From contig LSRY02000030.1 of assembly GCA_001643675.2 (NCBI GenBank), forward strand, positions 558,001-622,000: a stretch of 64,000 nucleotides of DNA, in the 5' to 3' direction. A program made the position numbers and the translations under genes. A model generated the notes under the pieces. It was not told the origin of the DNA. It did no database searches and worked only from the letters and a program-made list of their open reading frames with translations. Positions 42,112-55,960 of this stretch are shown here, piece after piece. Within the stretch, counting starts at the first letter, position 1, and each line of letters opens with the position of its first letter. This DNA comes from Monocercomonoides exilis PA203 (Eukaryota; Protista; Preaxostyla).

Positions 42112-45100
42112 AGAGGAAGATGATGAAGAGAAATGAGATAAACCAATATTCATCAGATCCTCTTTAACGGAAGAAGATGTATGAAAAGCTGGTTGCGATG
42201 GTTGCGTTGACTGAAAAGAAGAAGAAGAAGAAGAAGATTTCATTCTCATTGCAGCATTCATCCCTTTGCTTGATTGTTTTGATTCTTCCTCTTCTTCTTC
42301 TTCCTCTTCTTCTTCTCTCTTCATTGAAATGTTTCTGTTTGCACCGCCTAAAAGAGAAGGAGGAGCTGTGATTGCGGTTGTATTGACAACAATATCAGAT
42401 GATTGAGAAGAAGAAGAAGAAGAATTTGAAGTGAATGATGGAGAAGAGGAAGAAGAGGAAGAAGAAGAAGAAGCTGAAAATGAACTGTTAAACCATCCTT
42501 TCTTGCTCCCACTTCCATTCAAACTTAAACTTTCCTTCCCTTTCCCTCTCTCCTTCTCCTTCATCTCCCTTTCCCTCTCTTTCTCCTTCTCCTTCTCCTC
42601 CAACCCTCTCTTATACTCTTCCTCCATCTTCTTCACCGTCAGCATTTCCTCTTTCCTCCTCCTCCTCCTCTCCTCATACGACAACTTCAGTGAAAAAAAC
42701 ATGGGCCCCAGCTCAGCCAGCCACCTCCCATCAACTGCAGTGACACACTGCATGTACTCCTTCGTCGTCATCACCAGCTCATGATACACAATGTAATCTG
42801 GTGGCTGCGTCCCAAACAGAGCAGAGGTTGGATGCAGATGACACGGCGCTCCTGTTCTCATGTTCACATACTGCCCGATCCCTTTCAGCTTCGCGGCCTG
42901 GTGGAAGTAGCTGGCACAGATGCACTTCCGCACCAAATCAAAGTTTCCGCAGCACGATTGATTCGGATTCATCTTCGCTTTTGTCACAATATCCACCAGC
43001 TGCTGTCGTATTTCCCTTGCTCTCTCCATCGCCTTTGGCTGGATGAAGTGCCTGTTGCACCATTCTCTGTTGAATCTGTTGCGCTCACAGTGTTTGTACA
43101 CCTCCAGCAGTGTCAAATGATCACTTCCAGGCACAAAGAACTTTTCTCTCTCTCTGTCGCTCTCTTCCTCTTTCTCCTTCGGCCGGTGGAAGATGTTCTG
43201 TGCAGACAGCATCGACACAATCGTCAGAATCTCATTGGTGCAGCCCAACTCATCCGCAAAGCAGATCATCTTCGACAAAGGCGGATCCAGCGGAAACTCC
43301 ACCATTTTCTCGCCCAGTCTTGTCAGTTTCCCCTCGTTTGTGAGTGCCTGCAGCATCCACAGCTGATACATGGACGAGATGATGTTCTGCTGTGGAGGCG
43401 GGTCGAGAAACTGGAAGTCCAGCAGATTGTCCACGCCCAGCGACTTCAGCAGCAGCAGGATGTGCCCCAAGTTCGTCCTCTGCACCTCAGGCACAGTGGT
43501 CGTGAGCAGATAGCTCTGATACGTCAGCTCTGTGTAGAGTCTGTAGCACTGCCCGGGCTCTGTTCGGCCTGCCCTGCCTGCTCTTTGATTAGCACTTGCT
43601 TGTGAAATCGGAGTCAGCTGAAGGGTGTCCATACCCACAGCCGCGTTAAACACCTTCAGCTTGCAGAAACCTGTGTCGATGACATACCTAATCCCATCCA
43701 GAGTGAGGGAGGTTTCAGCAATGTTTGTCGCCACCACACACTTTCTGATAGGAGCTGGCTCGAAAATCTTTGCCTGCACATCTGCCGGCAGCTGGGCGTG
43801 AATGCGCAAAAGTAGCAGAGGGCGTGCACGTTCTTTTTGCTCCTCCAGCCGCTCAGTGATGGCAGCACAGCAGCAGTCGATGTCCTCTTTTCCTGGCATA
43901 AACACAAGAATATCTCCCTTCTGGTCATTCGACTGCAGATGGATCGCCAGCACATGCTTCACTGCCGCCTCTACATAGTCCATCACGTTCTGCTTGGCAA
44001 ATAGCACTGTGACGGGAAAGGTCTTTCCAGGTATCCGAAACACAGGCGCCCCGCCGAAGAACGAAGAGAAGCGCTCAGCATCCATCGTGGCTGAGGTCAC
44101 GATGAACTTCAAATCTGCCCGGCGAGGCAGAATCTGACGCATAATGCCAAAGAGCACGTCGGTGTTCAGCGATCGCTCGTGCGCTTCGTCCATCACAATG
44201 ACAGAGTACTTGCTGAGGACTGGGTCGTGCAGAGTCTCGCGGAGCAGGACTCCCTCCGTCATGTACTTCACCACTGTCTTCTCACTTGTCATATCTTCAA
44301 AACGGATGGAATAGCCCACTTCTTCGCCAAGCTTCACACCGATTTCGTCAGACACCCTTTGAGCTACAGAAATCGCAGCCACACGTCGAGGTTGGGTGCA
44401 GCAAACTATTCCGTTTCTTCCGTACCCGTCTTCAAATAAATATTGTGGAATTTGCGTTGTTTTTCCTGAGCCTGTTTCACCAACAATTACCACAATTTGA
44501 TTCTCTCTAATAATCTGTAAGAGCGAATCGCGAACAGCATAAATAGGAAGAGATTCCCTCTGTTGTTTAATTGTTTTTGTCTTGGCAAAATCGGAAACAG
44601 CTGTATCCTTAGTTGATTTTAAATATTTTCCAAATTGATTCTTCTTTCTGTAATCAACAACTTCCTCAAATGGCTCAGCTGGAGAATCTAAAGGTTCATC
44701 GCCATCTGGTATCAAAAATAAAACACAGCAAAATCATTAAATAATCGAAAAACAGAAATATAATTAATATTGAATAAAAGTGTTAAAAATTAGTAAATCT
44801 TAAATGGAAAATACCTATATCTTCTTTTGGATCTGCGCCAACAATAAGTCCCAAAGTCGATGTTGGATTTATTTCCCAAGGCTTGGAAGATTCTTTTTTC
44901 CTTTCCTTCTCAATTCTCATGCGAGAAACGAGTGCAGATCCCTCTCGTGCTGCTTTTGCAATATCGGATGTTGAGTCTTTAATGACTGGAACAGGTTCCA
45001 GTTGTTTTGTGTAACAGACTCGACCATCTAAAAACGGAGGAGTCAAATTTGATACAATTAGCTCAACTCTTTCTTCAATTTCATCATCGACTTCTAAATC

Positions 45101-45172
45101 AGCTTTTTGGCGAGAAACAACCCCAGAAGAAAGCAGCCTATCTTCTTCCCATTTATCAACATCTTTTTGCAT
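41722..45172 (-). CDS. PRP16: Pre-mRNA splicing DEAH-box helicase PRP16 (DHX38)
   Basis: [35 protein letters not shown] motifs. Prp16-specific upstream exon ([13 protein letters not shown]...[26 protein letters not shown]). One intron ~44706-44815. Start codon uncertain. Confidence 0.92.
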
Positions 45173-45442
45173 GAAAAAAATAAAATAATGAAAAACAGGA
45201 TGATCGGCAACCATTTATTAAAATATTATGTTCTCAAAAACACACAAAACATCACGACTCAAGACAAGATAATATCTCATCCAATTAAGCTAGAATGCTG
45301 ATATGGTAGAAGTTATTGCCTTGAGGCGTTTAAAAAAAGCCCAAAGGAAAAAGTTATATAGAAAAAAAGTTATGTGGATTGAATTCTCGAATAAAAATAC
45401 AGGAAGTTGAAAGATTATAGAAGAGAAGGGTGGTGTGAAAAT

Positions 45443-46083
45443 CTACTCTTTGCCTTTATTCTTCAATCTAAGCATCATCTGTTTCATTCTCTCAACATCT
45501 TTCTCGTGTGTTGTTTGGAAATCACACATGTCAGCTGCAGCAGCCCATGGTGCTGCAGTTTTCTTGTTTTCCAAGAAAACTGCTTCTTCCTCTCTTAAAA
45601 AATTGATTGAAAAATAAATCATATGTTATAAAAATTCCAAAATTCAAACTGATTCTTCTTTTTCTGTGTTTCAATCATCTGGGCGCGTTCAGTTAGAAAT
45701 GATTCTTTCTCTCTTTCAGCTTGACCAAGTGTTTCTTCAAGCATTTTTGCTGCATTGTCTCTCAATTTTTGCAAGTCAATAGCATGTTGCGCATAATAAC
45801 GTCTGCAAGAGTTTGAAATATGATTGTTGCAAACATAAAAAAATGCAAAGATATTTGACTAAAATTCATACTGCATTGGAGTCTCCTCGGGAGCAGATGA
45901 AGCAGATGCTGATTCAACATCATCAGAGGGTATTGACTCAGTTTCACCCTCAGCTTCAGGTGACGCTTCAGCTTCAATAAATTCAGTTGTTTCGATTGGG
46001 TCAGTTACAACTTCCAAGGTTTGTTCTTCAGGGTGTTCTAATTGAATGAGGGTCTCTCCGTTTTCCTCGATTGTTTCGCTCAT
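45443..46083 (-). CDS. CLC: Clathrin light chain; 3 exons
   Basis: Exons 46083-45872, 45802-45650, 45593-45443 (GT-AG). Acidic N-terminus, coiled-coil middle, C-terminus KKNQEEEAVFL...PWAAAADMCDF...KDVERMKQMMLRLK matches the CLC C-terminal motif (W..V...CDF....KDVSRM..L..LK). Confidence 0.85.
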
Positions 46084-46296
46084 GTTGAAATCGATCTAGT
46101 TCAATGGGATCTAACCAAACGTACTTTTTTTTCTCCCATTTTACATTTTTGAGATTTTGAAGAAAAGCATCAAATATCGCAAGAGTTAAATTGTGCTATT
46201 TTCTTTTTTCCCTAATATTTCTCATTTTATCTTGAAAATTCATTTTTGAAAAAACTTCAGGGAAATTAGATCATTAAAGTATTTTATTCGATTTAT

Positions 46297-49200
46297 ATGA
46301 ATAATGTCTGTTCATTAGAACAAAAAGCGTTGTCTAAAATTGCAACAATACCAAATACACTTGCGGATTTGGAAAAAAGGCTGATTCAGGTTAGGGCTGA
46401 CAAGCAACGATTGACATCCACTCTTCAAGCATCAGTGCATTCTCTTCTGACTGAATCCGGGCTGGCACTTAATTGTTTGAAAAATTGTAGAGATCTTTCC
46501 GCAGAACTTGATCAAGGGTATGCCTTTCCATTTTTTTCATTGATTGTGTAGCTATTTTTGATATTTTAAAGAACTCATGATTCCTATTTGTACTGCCAAT
46601 CTTGTTCTGAAAAAATAGAAATTTTTCAAAAAGCAAAAGGGTTGGTTATCAAAAAGCGAAACATAGAAGCAACTCTTGAACAAGTTAAGGCGCTTTTTAC
46701 AACACCTCTACAAGTTTGCATTTGGGAAAGTATTTTCATCATAAAGTGTAAGTTCTATTTTTGGAAAAAATTTTATAGATAAAAAAAGTTAATATTCAGC
46801 TCGAAGATGAAGAAGAAAATCTGTACATTATTTATCAATCACTTCGTGCTTTAACTGATTTGCGAACAGATCTTCTTTCTGTGACAAATGGAGTTCGAGA
46901 GGAAGATTTCAATCGATGCTACACATATTTCAGTGAAATTCCTCAACTTGTTGGAAGATACAATGAGCGAGTGACAAAAGCAATTGAATCATTGTTCAAA
47001 TTCTGTGAAGTATGAAAGATTATTTGAATCCTTAAATTTTTTGTATTTAAATTGTTAAAATTGAATACTCATTGTTTTTATCTTCTTATTTCGTTTTGGT
47101 AAATGATACTATGGCTTTTGTTTTTAATTATTTATTTATTTTATCTCGATGTTGTTATTTTTAGGATAACGATGAAGATAGAATTCGTGATCTTATTGCA
47201 GTGATTGAATTTGATGAAAGATGCGATGACCGACACTTTCTGTTTGGACAACGCACAATTGAGCCTTATGAGTTTAATGTGGATCCTCGCTTGATCCGAC
47301 CTGCAAAGCAGTTTTTTTACATTTTGGCAGATGTCATCAGAGACAGAATTGTGAACACAAGAAAAGCAGCATTTGTATGTTTATTTTGATGCATTTATCT
47401 GTTTTTTTTTTTTTTTTTGTTATGTCGTTGAAACAAGCTGTATTTTTTTATAGCTTTCTTTTTGTTAAATCTTAATTTATTTTTTTATTTCATCTCTTTT
47501 CTTTTTATCTTCCTGATCATCAAATGATAAAATAACTATCTTTGTTGTTATTATTTTCCGGCACATCACTTATATATATATATATAATTATTTAATATTA
47601 TTTAATTTTATTTCCTAGGAGAACGACCCAGAAACTGTCAGTTCTGCGCTCTTGTCGATGATTGATGACGTGGCGCTGTTCCACAACAAGCTGATGCCTC
47701 TGGTGGAAGACAGAGAAGATCCAATTGTGATTACCATTCCTCCGAGTGTGGCTGAGAACTTGATTGCACAGGACACGAGGCTGAAGCAGCTGTCGATGGA
47801 GAACAAGCACAAGAAGAAGAACGAAGGGGACGCGAGGGCGAGGAGGAAGAAGGAGAGGAAGAGGAAGATTGAAAGTGCAGAGGGAGAGAAAACACTGGGA
47901 AGAGATGCAGCGCAGCTGACTTCTTTGTCTGACACCATTTCATCCACTTCTTCTTCCTCTTCCTCTTCTTCTTCTTCCTCTTCTTCTTCTTCTTCTTCTG
48001 AAGGTATGCTATTTGCCGATGAAGAGGAAGAGGTGTGGACCTTCTGCGATGAAGACGACAGCCTGTGGACAACATTTGTGATTACATTTGATCAAATCAT
48101 GGCTGAGAACTTTATGATTCTGGTGGATGTGTTTGAGACACAGGGGAGACTGCAATATTCGACTTCTTCCATCATTAAATTGGGTGTGTGATTTGAGGAG
48201 AAGTAATCAAGTGAAGAGAGAAAAAAAAAGGAAATAAATTATTTGTCTTTTGTTCTTCAAAGGATGAAAGGAAGAAAGGAAGTTTTATTTTTGATTGCCA
48301 TGATGTCTCGTTTTTCTCTTTTCATTTCTATTTTATTTACACCTTTTTTTTTCTCTCTTCTATTCAAAATTATTTCACTTATTTCTTCTCTTCCCTTCCC
48401 TTCTCTTCTCTTCTCTCCCCTCCACCCCTCCTTCAGTTGAATTCCCTCATCTGTACAAAGAGAAGATGCTCACAGCAGGTGTCTCAGACGAGCTGCTGGG
48501 TTCAGAAAAGCTAATCAGAGCAGTCAGCGGGCTTACTGCCATCTACGTGAGGAGCGTGATGGAGAATGCGAACGAGTCGTTAGACAGAATTTCGAATGAT
48601 TGTGTTCAGCTGGAAGGCGATTTCATGATTACTGATGCTTTGAGCACACTACAGATTAAGCTGAATAAGATACTCGGTGTGTTTGGTTTATAGATTGTTT
48701 CGAAGTGAATGGAAAAAAAAAAAAATAAATGGGGGAGGGGGTGAAGAGAGAAGAAGGGCTTTATGTGGGGAATATTTGATGACTTTATTGTTGAATTGCA
48801 ATATTTAATATTTATTTTGAATGAAAATGTTTTTCTTTCTTTCTTTCTTTCTTTTTAAACTTTAACATTTTATTCTTTTATGTGTTATTTCTGTTTTATT
48901 GTTCAGAGGAAGCAATGCAGTATGGAAAGTTGCTACTGGCAGCCACAGTCATCCCAGTGTATAGGCAGATAATTGAGCGATATCGAGATAATCTGCTTGG
49001 AAAGTGTGTATTTATTTGATGCCTTTTTATCAAATATATATAAATCTTCTTATTATTGCATTTATCATTTTATTTACTAATATTTTAAATCCAACTTGAA
49101 ATTGTTATGTTTTCAATTAAAATACATTTGATTTATTAATTCATAATCTTTCTCTCATTCTCTTTATCACAATTTCTCAATTTTTTTTTCTTTTTTTTTT

Positions 49201-51003
49201 TGATTATCACCATAACCGCAGATTTGAAGAGTATTCGACTCAGATGTTTTCTGTGAGCGATCTGAAGAAGAAAGTGGAAGAGAACAAGAAGATGTACGAA
49301 TTCCCAGCACCTTTCCACATGATCGTCGCCATCAACAACTCGTTCGAGTTTGGGATGCAACTGCTGGTGGCTGTGCCTGCTATCACAGACATCATCGAAG
49401 AAGGGATCAAAGAGAAGGCAGCAGCCGATGCTGCAGTGAGAGAGGCAATGGAAAGGGCGGCGAAGACAGAGGAGGCTGCCGCTGCGGCTGCTGCTGGTGG
49501 TGGTTTGATGATTATTTTTTGTTTATTTTAAATAAAATAATAAATTAAATGTTGGTATATTTATGTGTGATTGACAAAACTTCTTGTTTTTCATTCTGTT
49601 TGAAAATGAAACAAAACTATCTTCTTCAAAATGTGAATGAACGCTTATTTTCCTTCATTTTTTATTTGATTTACATATTAATTAATTTTATTTAGCTGGT
49701 GCTTCGTCTTCTTCCTCGTCATTCTCATCTGCTGTTGCTGGAAGTGGCACAGGAAGCAGCCTCGAAAAGCAGAAGCAAAGGATTGCCTCTGACATCTTGT
49801 CAAAGCCTGCTCCATTCACTTCATCTTCAACAACACCTTCTTCTTCCTCCTCCTCTTCATTCTCTTCTTCTTCCTCCTCTGACTATCTATCAGAATTCAA
49901 AAAAGTGAAAAGAGGCTCAGAAAAAAGGGGAAGCGATGATTTTTCCGGCTCTTCCTCACAAAACAGCGGTTTCTCCTCTTCCAGCTTGTCTGAGTTTGTG
50001 AAGAAAAAACCCGGCACAGCGTCTGTTTTTGAGTCCTCGACGTCTTCCACCACGTTTTCTAGTTCAGCAGACGATAACTTGTCAACAGTGGTTGTGGCAG
50101 ATGCAGATGGGACGCAGTTTGAGCAGGCAGACAGCAGCACAGGGGAAGATGGGGAGGAAGGGGCGAGTGCTGAGTCTTCTGCCCCGCCGACGGAGATACA
50201 AGTGCTGCAGACGACGGCGCTGAAGCTGGCGCAGTCGATTAAGCAGTTCGAAACGCTCAGGGAAGATATTGAGACGATTGCAAAACGTGTGTTGTGGATC
50301 GAGTTTATCTTTTGATTGGTTTTTTCTTTCTTTTTTCTTTTTTTTTTTATTTAATTTCAATATTATTGTATTTATTTTTGCTATTTATTTTAAAAATTTT
50401 CGTTTTTCTTTTCAAATTCTGATGAGCATTTATTTTCAATTTATTTTCTTTTCTGTTCTATTCTATTCTTTTTGTTTGTGTAGTGTTTGATCAGCAAGGC
50501 TCAGAGCTGCTTAATCGGTTTGTGGATGTTGCATATCGCTATCCATTCACTCAGGGACAGCAGACTGAATCATGGTGTGATTGCATTCATCCTTTTTATT
50601 TATTTATTTATTTATTTATTTATTATAATTCTTTTCTTTTCTTTTCATTTCTTTTCATTTCTTTTCTTTTCTTTTCTTTTCTTTATTCATTGATATTCAT
50701 ATATATTAATTGTTTAATTTCTGTGGAAATGTGTCGAATTATTGTTTTTTTTAAATTATTATTATTATTATTATTCCAAATTAATCAAAAAATTATTCTT
50801 TCGTTGTGTTTCTTCATAGGCAATTCAAAGGAATGAAGAAAAACATCACGACTTACCAGGCTTTCTTAGACTTTGTGAAAGATCGCTGCAAGCAGAAAAC
50901 TTTAGATACATTTGTATGCTAACATGTTTATTGACTATTACATTATTTCTCTTTGCTAATTGTAATTATTTGTATCATTTGCATTCATTTCTAAAATACC
51001 TTT

Positions 51004-51041
<38 letters not shown>

Positions 51042-52200
51042 GCGAATGATATTTTTTATTTCATTTATTTTATGTTCATTTATTTTTATAAATAAAATAA
51101 ATCCATCTTTTCTTGATGGACATCCAATTCATCGGGATGGGATGCTTCAGGCTGATAAGCTGATGGATAAAATTGTGTCTGGATTTGTCCACTCGTTCCT
51201 TTTTGACAAGTTTCAGATCGACGAGTCTTCGTTTGATGACTATGTTGAGTATGCAATTGGATTTTGGTTGCATTTTTTTTTTTCGGTTTATGAGAAAAAA
51301 CGAACGGAATATTTTATTTTTTATTCTGTGATCGTTTCTATATGCATTTATGATGTGAGCAAAATTCATTCGTCTAACTGATTAATGCTTTGAAATTGAA
51401 AAGAAATATTTTTATTTTTTCGATTGATTATTCTTTTTTGATGTTTTTATAACTTGTTTATTTTTTCTCCTAATTTTTAATCTAATTTATTTTATTTTAT
51501 TTTATTTGTGATATTTTATTTTCAGTGCTTCTGAAAGGATTCTGCGTCTAAATAATAAGTGGGAAATGGACGTTGAAACAGCCATTATAACACATGTCCA
51601 GGAATTTGTGCAAGCGTTTGTCATTTCTTTAATTTTTTCTTTCTTTCTTTCTTTCTTTCTTTTTGAACTCACATTTGTTTCTGAATAAATGTTTTATTTT
51701 CAATGATTCATACTCATCTTTCCTTTCCCTCTTTTATTTTTCAAATAATCTTTTTGTCTTTTGAATATTTTATTTCTTTGAAATTTTTTATTCTTGTTAC
51801 TATTTTATTCTCTTGTTTGTGCAGATGCGTGAAGGATCCAATATCAGACATTCTTGTTACTACAGGCCTGACAAAAATTGTGGATATTATCCCTGAATTT
51901 GACGAGAAAAGCGCTCTTGCCTTTGTAAAAAGGTTGACAATACAAAAAAGCAATGTATGAACGTAACTTCGTAATTTTGAGATTTCATTGTTATTTTTTT
52001 ATTTAATTATGCATCAAATTATTTAATTTGATTTTTCTTTTTCAAAATGAAAAATGGATAAATATATATAAATATATTGCATTGAATGCTTCCACACAAC
52101 GTGTGAATAATGATCTTTTCTGCCTCACTTTCAGGCTACTGCCATCACAAATTGTATTAAAGCGAACTTTTCTGATAATCGATCCTCTTCTTCTTCTTCC

Positions 52201-52235
<35 letters not shown>

Positions 52236-52299
52236 CACTTCGACATCTTCCTCTTCTTCTGCTGCATCCAAGGTTCGGTCATTCCTTGGATTTGGTTAG
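46297..52299 (+). CDS. SEC6: Exocyst complex component Sec6/EXOC3; ~15 exons
   Basis: GT-AG exon chain from MNNVCSLEQK to ...KVRSFLGFG* (TAG 52297-99). N-terminal pattern (K..L...L...V...L.....AL..L; RNIEATLEQV...P; ENLYIIYQSLRALTDLR) and the MIVAINNS motif are Sec6-like. Confidence 0.7.
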
Positions 52300-53639
52300 T
52301 GGCTTCCTTTGAAAGCTTGTTTGTTTTATTCGTACAATAATAATTTTTTTTTCATTGCAATCCTAGCAAATATATTTCGCATTTATATTGAGTCAGTGCA
52401 AATATTTTTTGTCTCCATTTTCTTTTTCTTTATTGATATTTTTAGTGAAATCAATTCACGCACCGTCTTTTCAGCGTTGTTGCGTTAATATTGTGCAAAT
52501 TGATATTTTGTTTGTGTGTTTGACATAGTGTCAGAAATTTATCGGTACCCAAAAAATTAATCGGGACCTAAATTTTCTGGCTCTCAAGAGCACTTTTAGA
52601 AAAAAATTAATAATAGAAAATTATTAATATATTATAATATACTATTTCTGAAAATATTTTTTCTTATTTTAATTTTTGTGAAAAGATCTGGTGTTTTTTG
52701 TTTTATTTTTAAGATCAAAGACTTGCTCGTATTTCAATGAGCTTTTTGTTCTGAGATTTTAAAGTGATGCTATTACTATTGAACATAACTTCTTTATAAT
52801 TTTGGTTATTTTTCATTGTTTGACACTTCATTTTTTAATTATTTTTTCCATTTCACGATTTTTTTAACAAATTGAAGAATTCATTTGAATAAATAAGTTT
52901 TTTCGTTAATTAAAAAGCGAAAATACATAAATTATCAACTAAAAATGATATACAAAAGGAAGAAAATCTTCAATTTTTTTATGATCGAGATTATTATTCA
53001 AAAAAAACTTGTTTTTGCGTTTTTTTATTACCTTTGCTTCAAATCATATTGTTTTGTTTTAAAATTTTTGTAATAATCATTACATTCGTTTTTCCAACTA
53101 TTTTTCAACATTAAAAAAACAAAAAATTCAATAATCACCACAAAATCTTAAATTTGTTGAAATTGAGTGAAATTGAAAAAATAATAAACAAACGAAGTGT
53201 TAAACAATGAAAAATAACCAAAATTATAAAGAAGTTATGTTCAATAACAATAACAATACTTAAAAATCTCAAAACAAAAAGCTCATGAAAATACGAGCAA
53301 GTCTTTGATCTTAAAAATAAAACAAAAAACACCAGATCTTTTCACAAAAATTAAAATAAGAAAAAATATGGCAAGTTACAAGTATATGGACCATCGATAA
53401 AATATTTTTTATATATTTATAACGAAACAAAATGGAATATTAATTAATTTAAAATTAGTTATTTTTGTCGAAAAAGTGTTTTTTCAACTTTCCATTTTTC
53501 TTTTGATCTGTCCCATAACTTTTTCTTGTCTTATACAGGTTTGAAAAATTAATTTTATTTAACGAAATATACTATATTCGAACTTTAATGTTATTTGAAT
53601 AGAATTAGAATTGATAAAGCTTCTAATAGCTTTAATCGG

Positions 53640-54076
53640 AGAACGATGAATCCGCTCTGCAAATTAACAGCATTGTTCATTTGAATCGGGCATCAAAAGA
53701 TAATCACAGAGAAATTAAGATGGACTGTGTTTATGCATTGAAAAAAACAACAGAAAGCAGAGTTGGGAAAGCTGAAGACATTTGGAAAATGGAGCAGTTG
53801 ACGCAGTTTTGGAAGAAATTGAGCGACCAGCGTTGAAGGACAAAATTGCACAAGTGTGAACGTAATTTTAGATGTTCGTTTCAAGAAGATTGAAAGAAGG
53901 AGATAATAAGATGGAAGAAGTGAAAAGAAAGACATCCAAAAAGAAGACATGTGGATGGATGGAAGAATTAAAGAACGAAGGTTGTATCATCGGGTTGGAC
54001 CATTACATTGGTCGAGATATATTTGGAATCTCTAATTTGATAAAGAATTATTCGGATTTTTTTTCTATATTTCTAA
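53640..54076 (+). pseudogene. 3' fragment of an expanded alpha-helical (ARM-like) family gene, cargo of the TIR element
   Basis: RASKDNHREI...GAVDAVLEEI...MFVSRRLKE...KRKTSKKK aligns with RASRDNHKDI...GAIDAVLEEM...MFVSSRLKE in ORF 60888-61664. Confidence 0.75.
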
Positions 54077-54519
54077 TTTTTATCAATAAATATACACTCC
54101 ATCATTTAATATTTCCATTTTGTAATTATTCATGTTAAAGGCATATTCACTCGAAAAATAAAAGAAATGTGATTTGCAAAATAGATGAAAGTGTTTTCTC
54201 AAAAAATATCAAGAATTATTATGAAAAATGAACATTTGAAAAAAAGGAATCTTTAAAAAAAAAAAGAAATGAAAAAAAATCGATAGAGAAAGAATCAATC
54301 CTGTCGTAATTTTCTGTTTTATGGAAAAAAGAAAAATAAACCGCTTCTAAAAAACAATCAAATAAAAGAAAAACTCATCCAATTCAAGAAAAATCTGGGC
54401 TTTCAAAATAGAAATTTTATAAAGGAAAATAATGGAGTATAAAAAAACACTGGTTTGTTATTTCACACTTCATCAGATATTTGAGTTACAAAATGAAATT
54501 CCTCTTTCTTCTTCAGATA

Positions 54520-55960
54520 TTCACAAAATAATCGGAAATATTCAATCACAATACACAAAAATATTTTTCTTAGAAAAAAAATACAGTTTCATTGAAAGTT
54601 GTGATGATATCTTCGGATCCTTCTTCTTCCATCTTTTCAAAAACCTTCCTTTTCGTTGACTTTCTTTCCTCTTCTTCCTTATCATCTTCCTTCTTTTCTT
54701 TCAATCGTCTTGAAACATTCGTAAAGATTTGCAAGCAATGAAACATCAAATTGAAATTTAATGTTGACTGCTGTATCTCCTCCAAATGGAGTCCAATAGT
54801 TCCGCTTTTCAAAAAGTTATAAGTTTTCACATCTTTATTTTTTGCTGCTGCTTGAAATACATATACACATTCTCTGCGAATCCCTCTGCAATCATCCCCT
54901 TTTCCTGCTCAATGAACCTGGACAATGTTTTTGATCAGCACCACATTTTCTTCATTCTTCAATCGGCAACTGGGAAAATAAATCACGACTGTAGCAACCC
55001 ATCTCTTCAATGAAAGCTCTTCGTTCGTTTCTCTTCCTCTTCTTTTTTTTCCATTTTCTTCTTCTTTTCTATTCCAATCGATGCATTTCATCAGCTCTTC
55101 CAATTCCCTTCTCACCTCTCTTCCGAAATGCAGCTCATTCATAATAAAACCTTCCAAGCTGTCATCATGGAAGATTCTGTTTATAAAAAATAGCCATGCA
55201 GATTGATAGGCCAGATACGTAAGATTTCTGTGTTTCTGTTGAGTTCGATGATTTCTGTAATTTCCTTCAAGTACAGTTCTCGTTCGATAAACTAATTTGA
55301 AATAAGGGTGGAAAAAGCAAACATAATAAAAATGAATAACTATGTTCATTCACAAAATCCCATTCAGCTCAAAGCCAGCAAGGCAATTTCCACTTCTTTT
55401 TGTGTCTCCTCGTTTTCCTCTCTGCTCAATGAAGCTTTCAGAAGGCACGGTACACAGGTTGAAATCAATTTCAAAGGTGGAACTCCGCTGTGAAACAAAA
55501 GATAACATTCGCAGAAGTCAATAAGAAGATGATTGTTATCTTTTTCCTTTTTTTCTTCTTCAATAATTATCTTATGCAATTTTTTGCTCAGAGAAGATCT
55601 TTTTAAAGACAGATTCCATACATTTTTCAGCTTGATGCTACATCCAATGCGCCTCAGCAAATAAAAAGCATTTTCCATTAACATTTTCCTTTCTTCAATC
55701 ATTTTTTCTATTTTGTTGAATGTTTCTTCGTTGAAAATTGATTTGAATTCTTCTTTATTCATTCCATAAAGTATTTCATTCATTTCTTCAATTTTCTGCT
55801 TCTGTTCTGCTTCAGAGAATTGTTCCAACTGTGAAAGTTTCACTAAAAAAAGTGAAAAAATCTAAAAAGAAAAAAGAAGCATTTATTATTTAAACCAACT
55901 ATTTCTAATAACATTTTTACAAACCCAGAAACGTTTGTGTTTTTGAAGGTGACTGTGAAA
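54520..55960 (-). pseudogene. Near-full-length member of the same expanded family, with introns; cargo of the TIR element
   Basis: ORFs 55364-55843, 54909-55349, 54570-54830: EQKQKIEEMN...VPCLLKASL.REENEETQKEVEIALLALS...AYQSAW...NELHF.RE.RRELEEL...KRKVFEKMEEEG. Collinear with 60888-62403. Confidence 0.85.
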
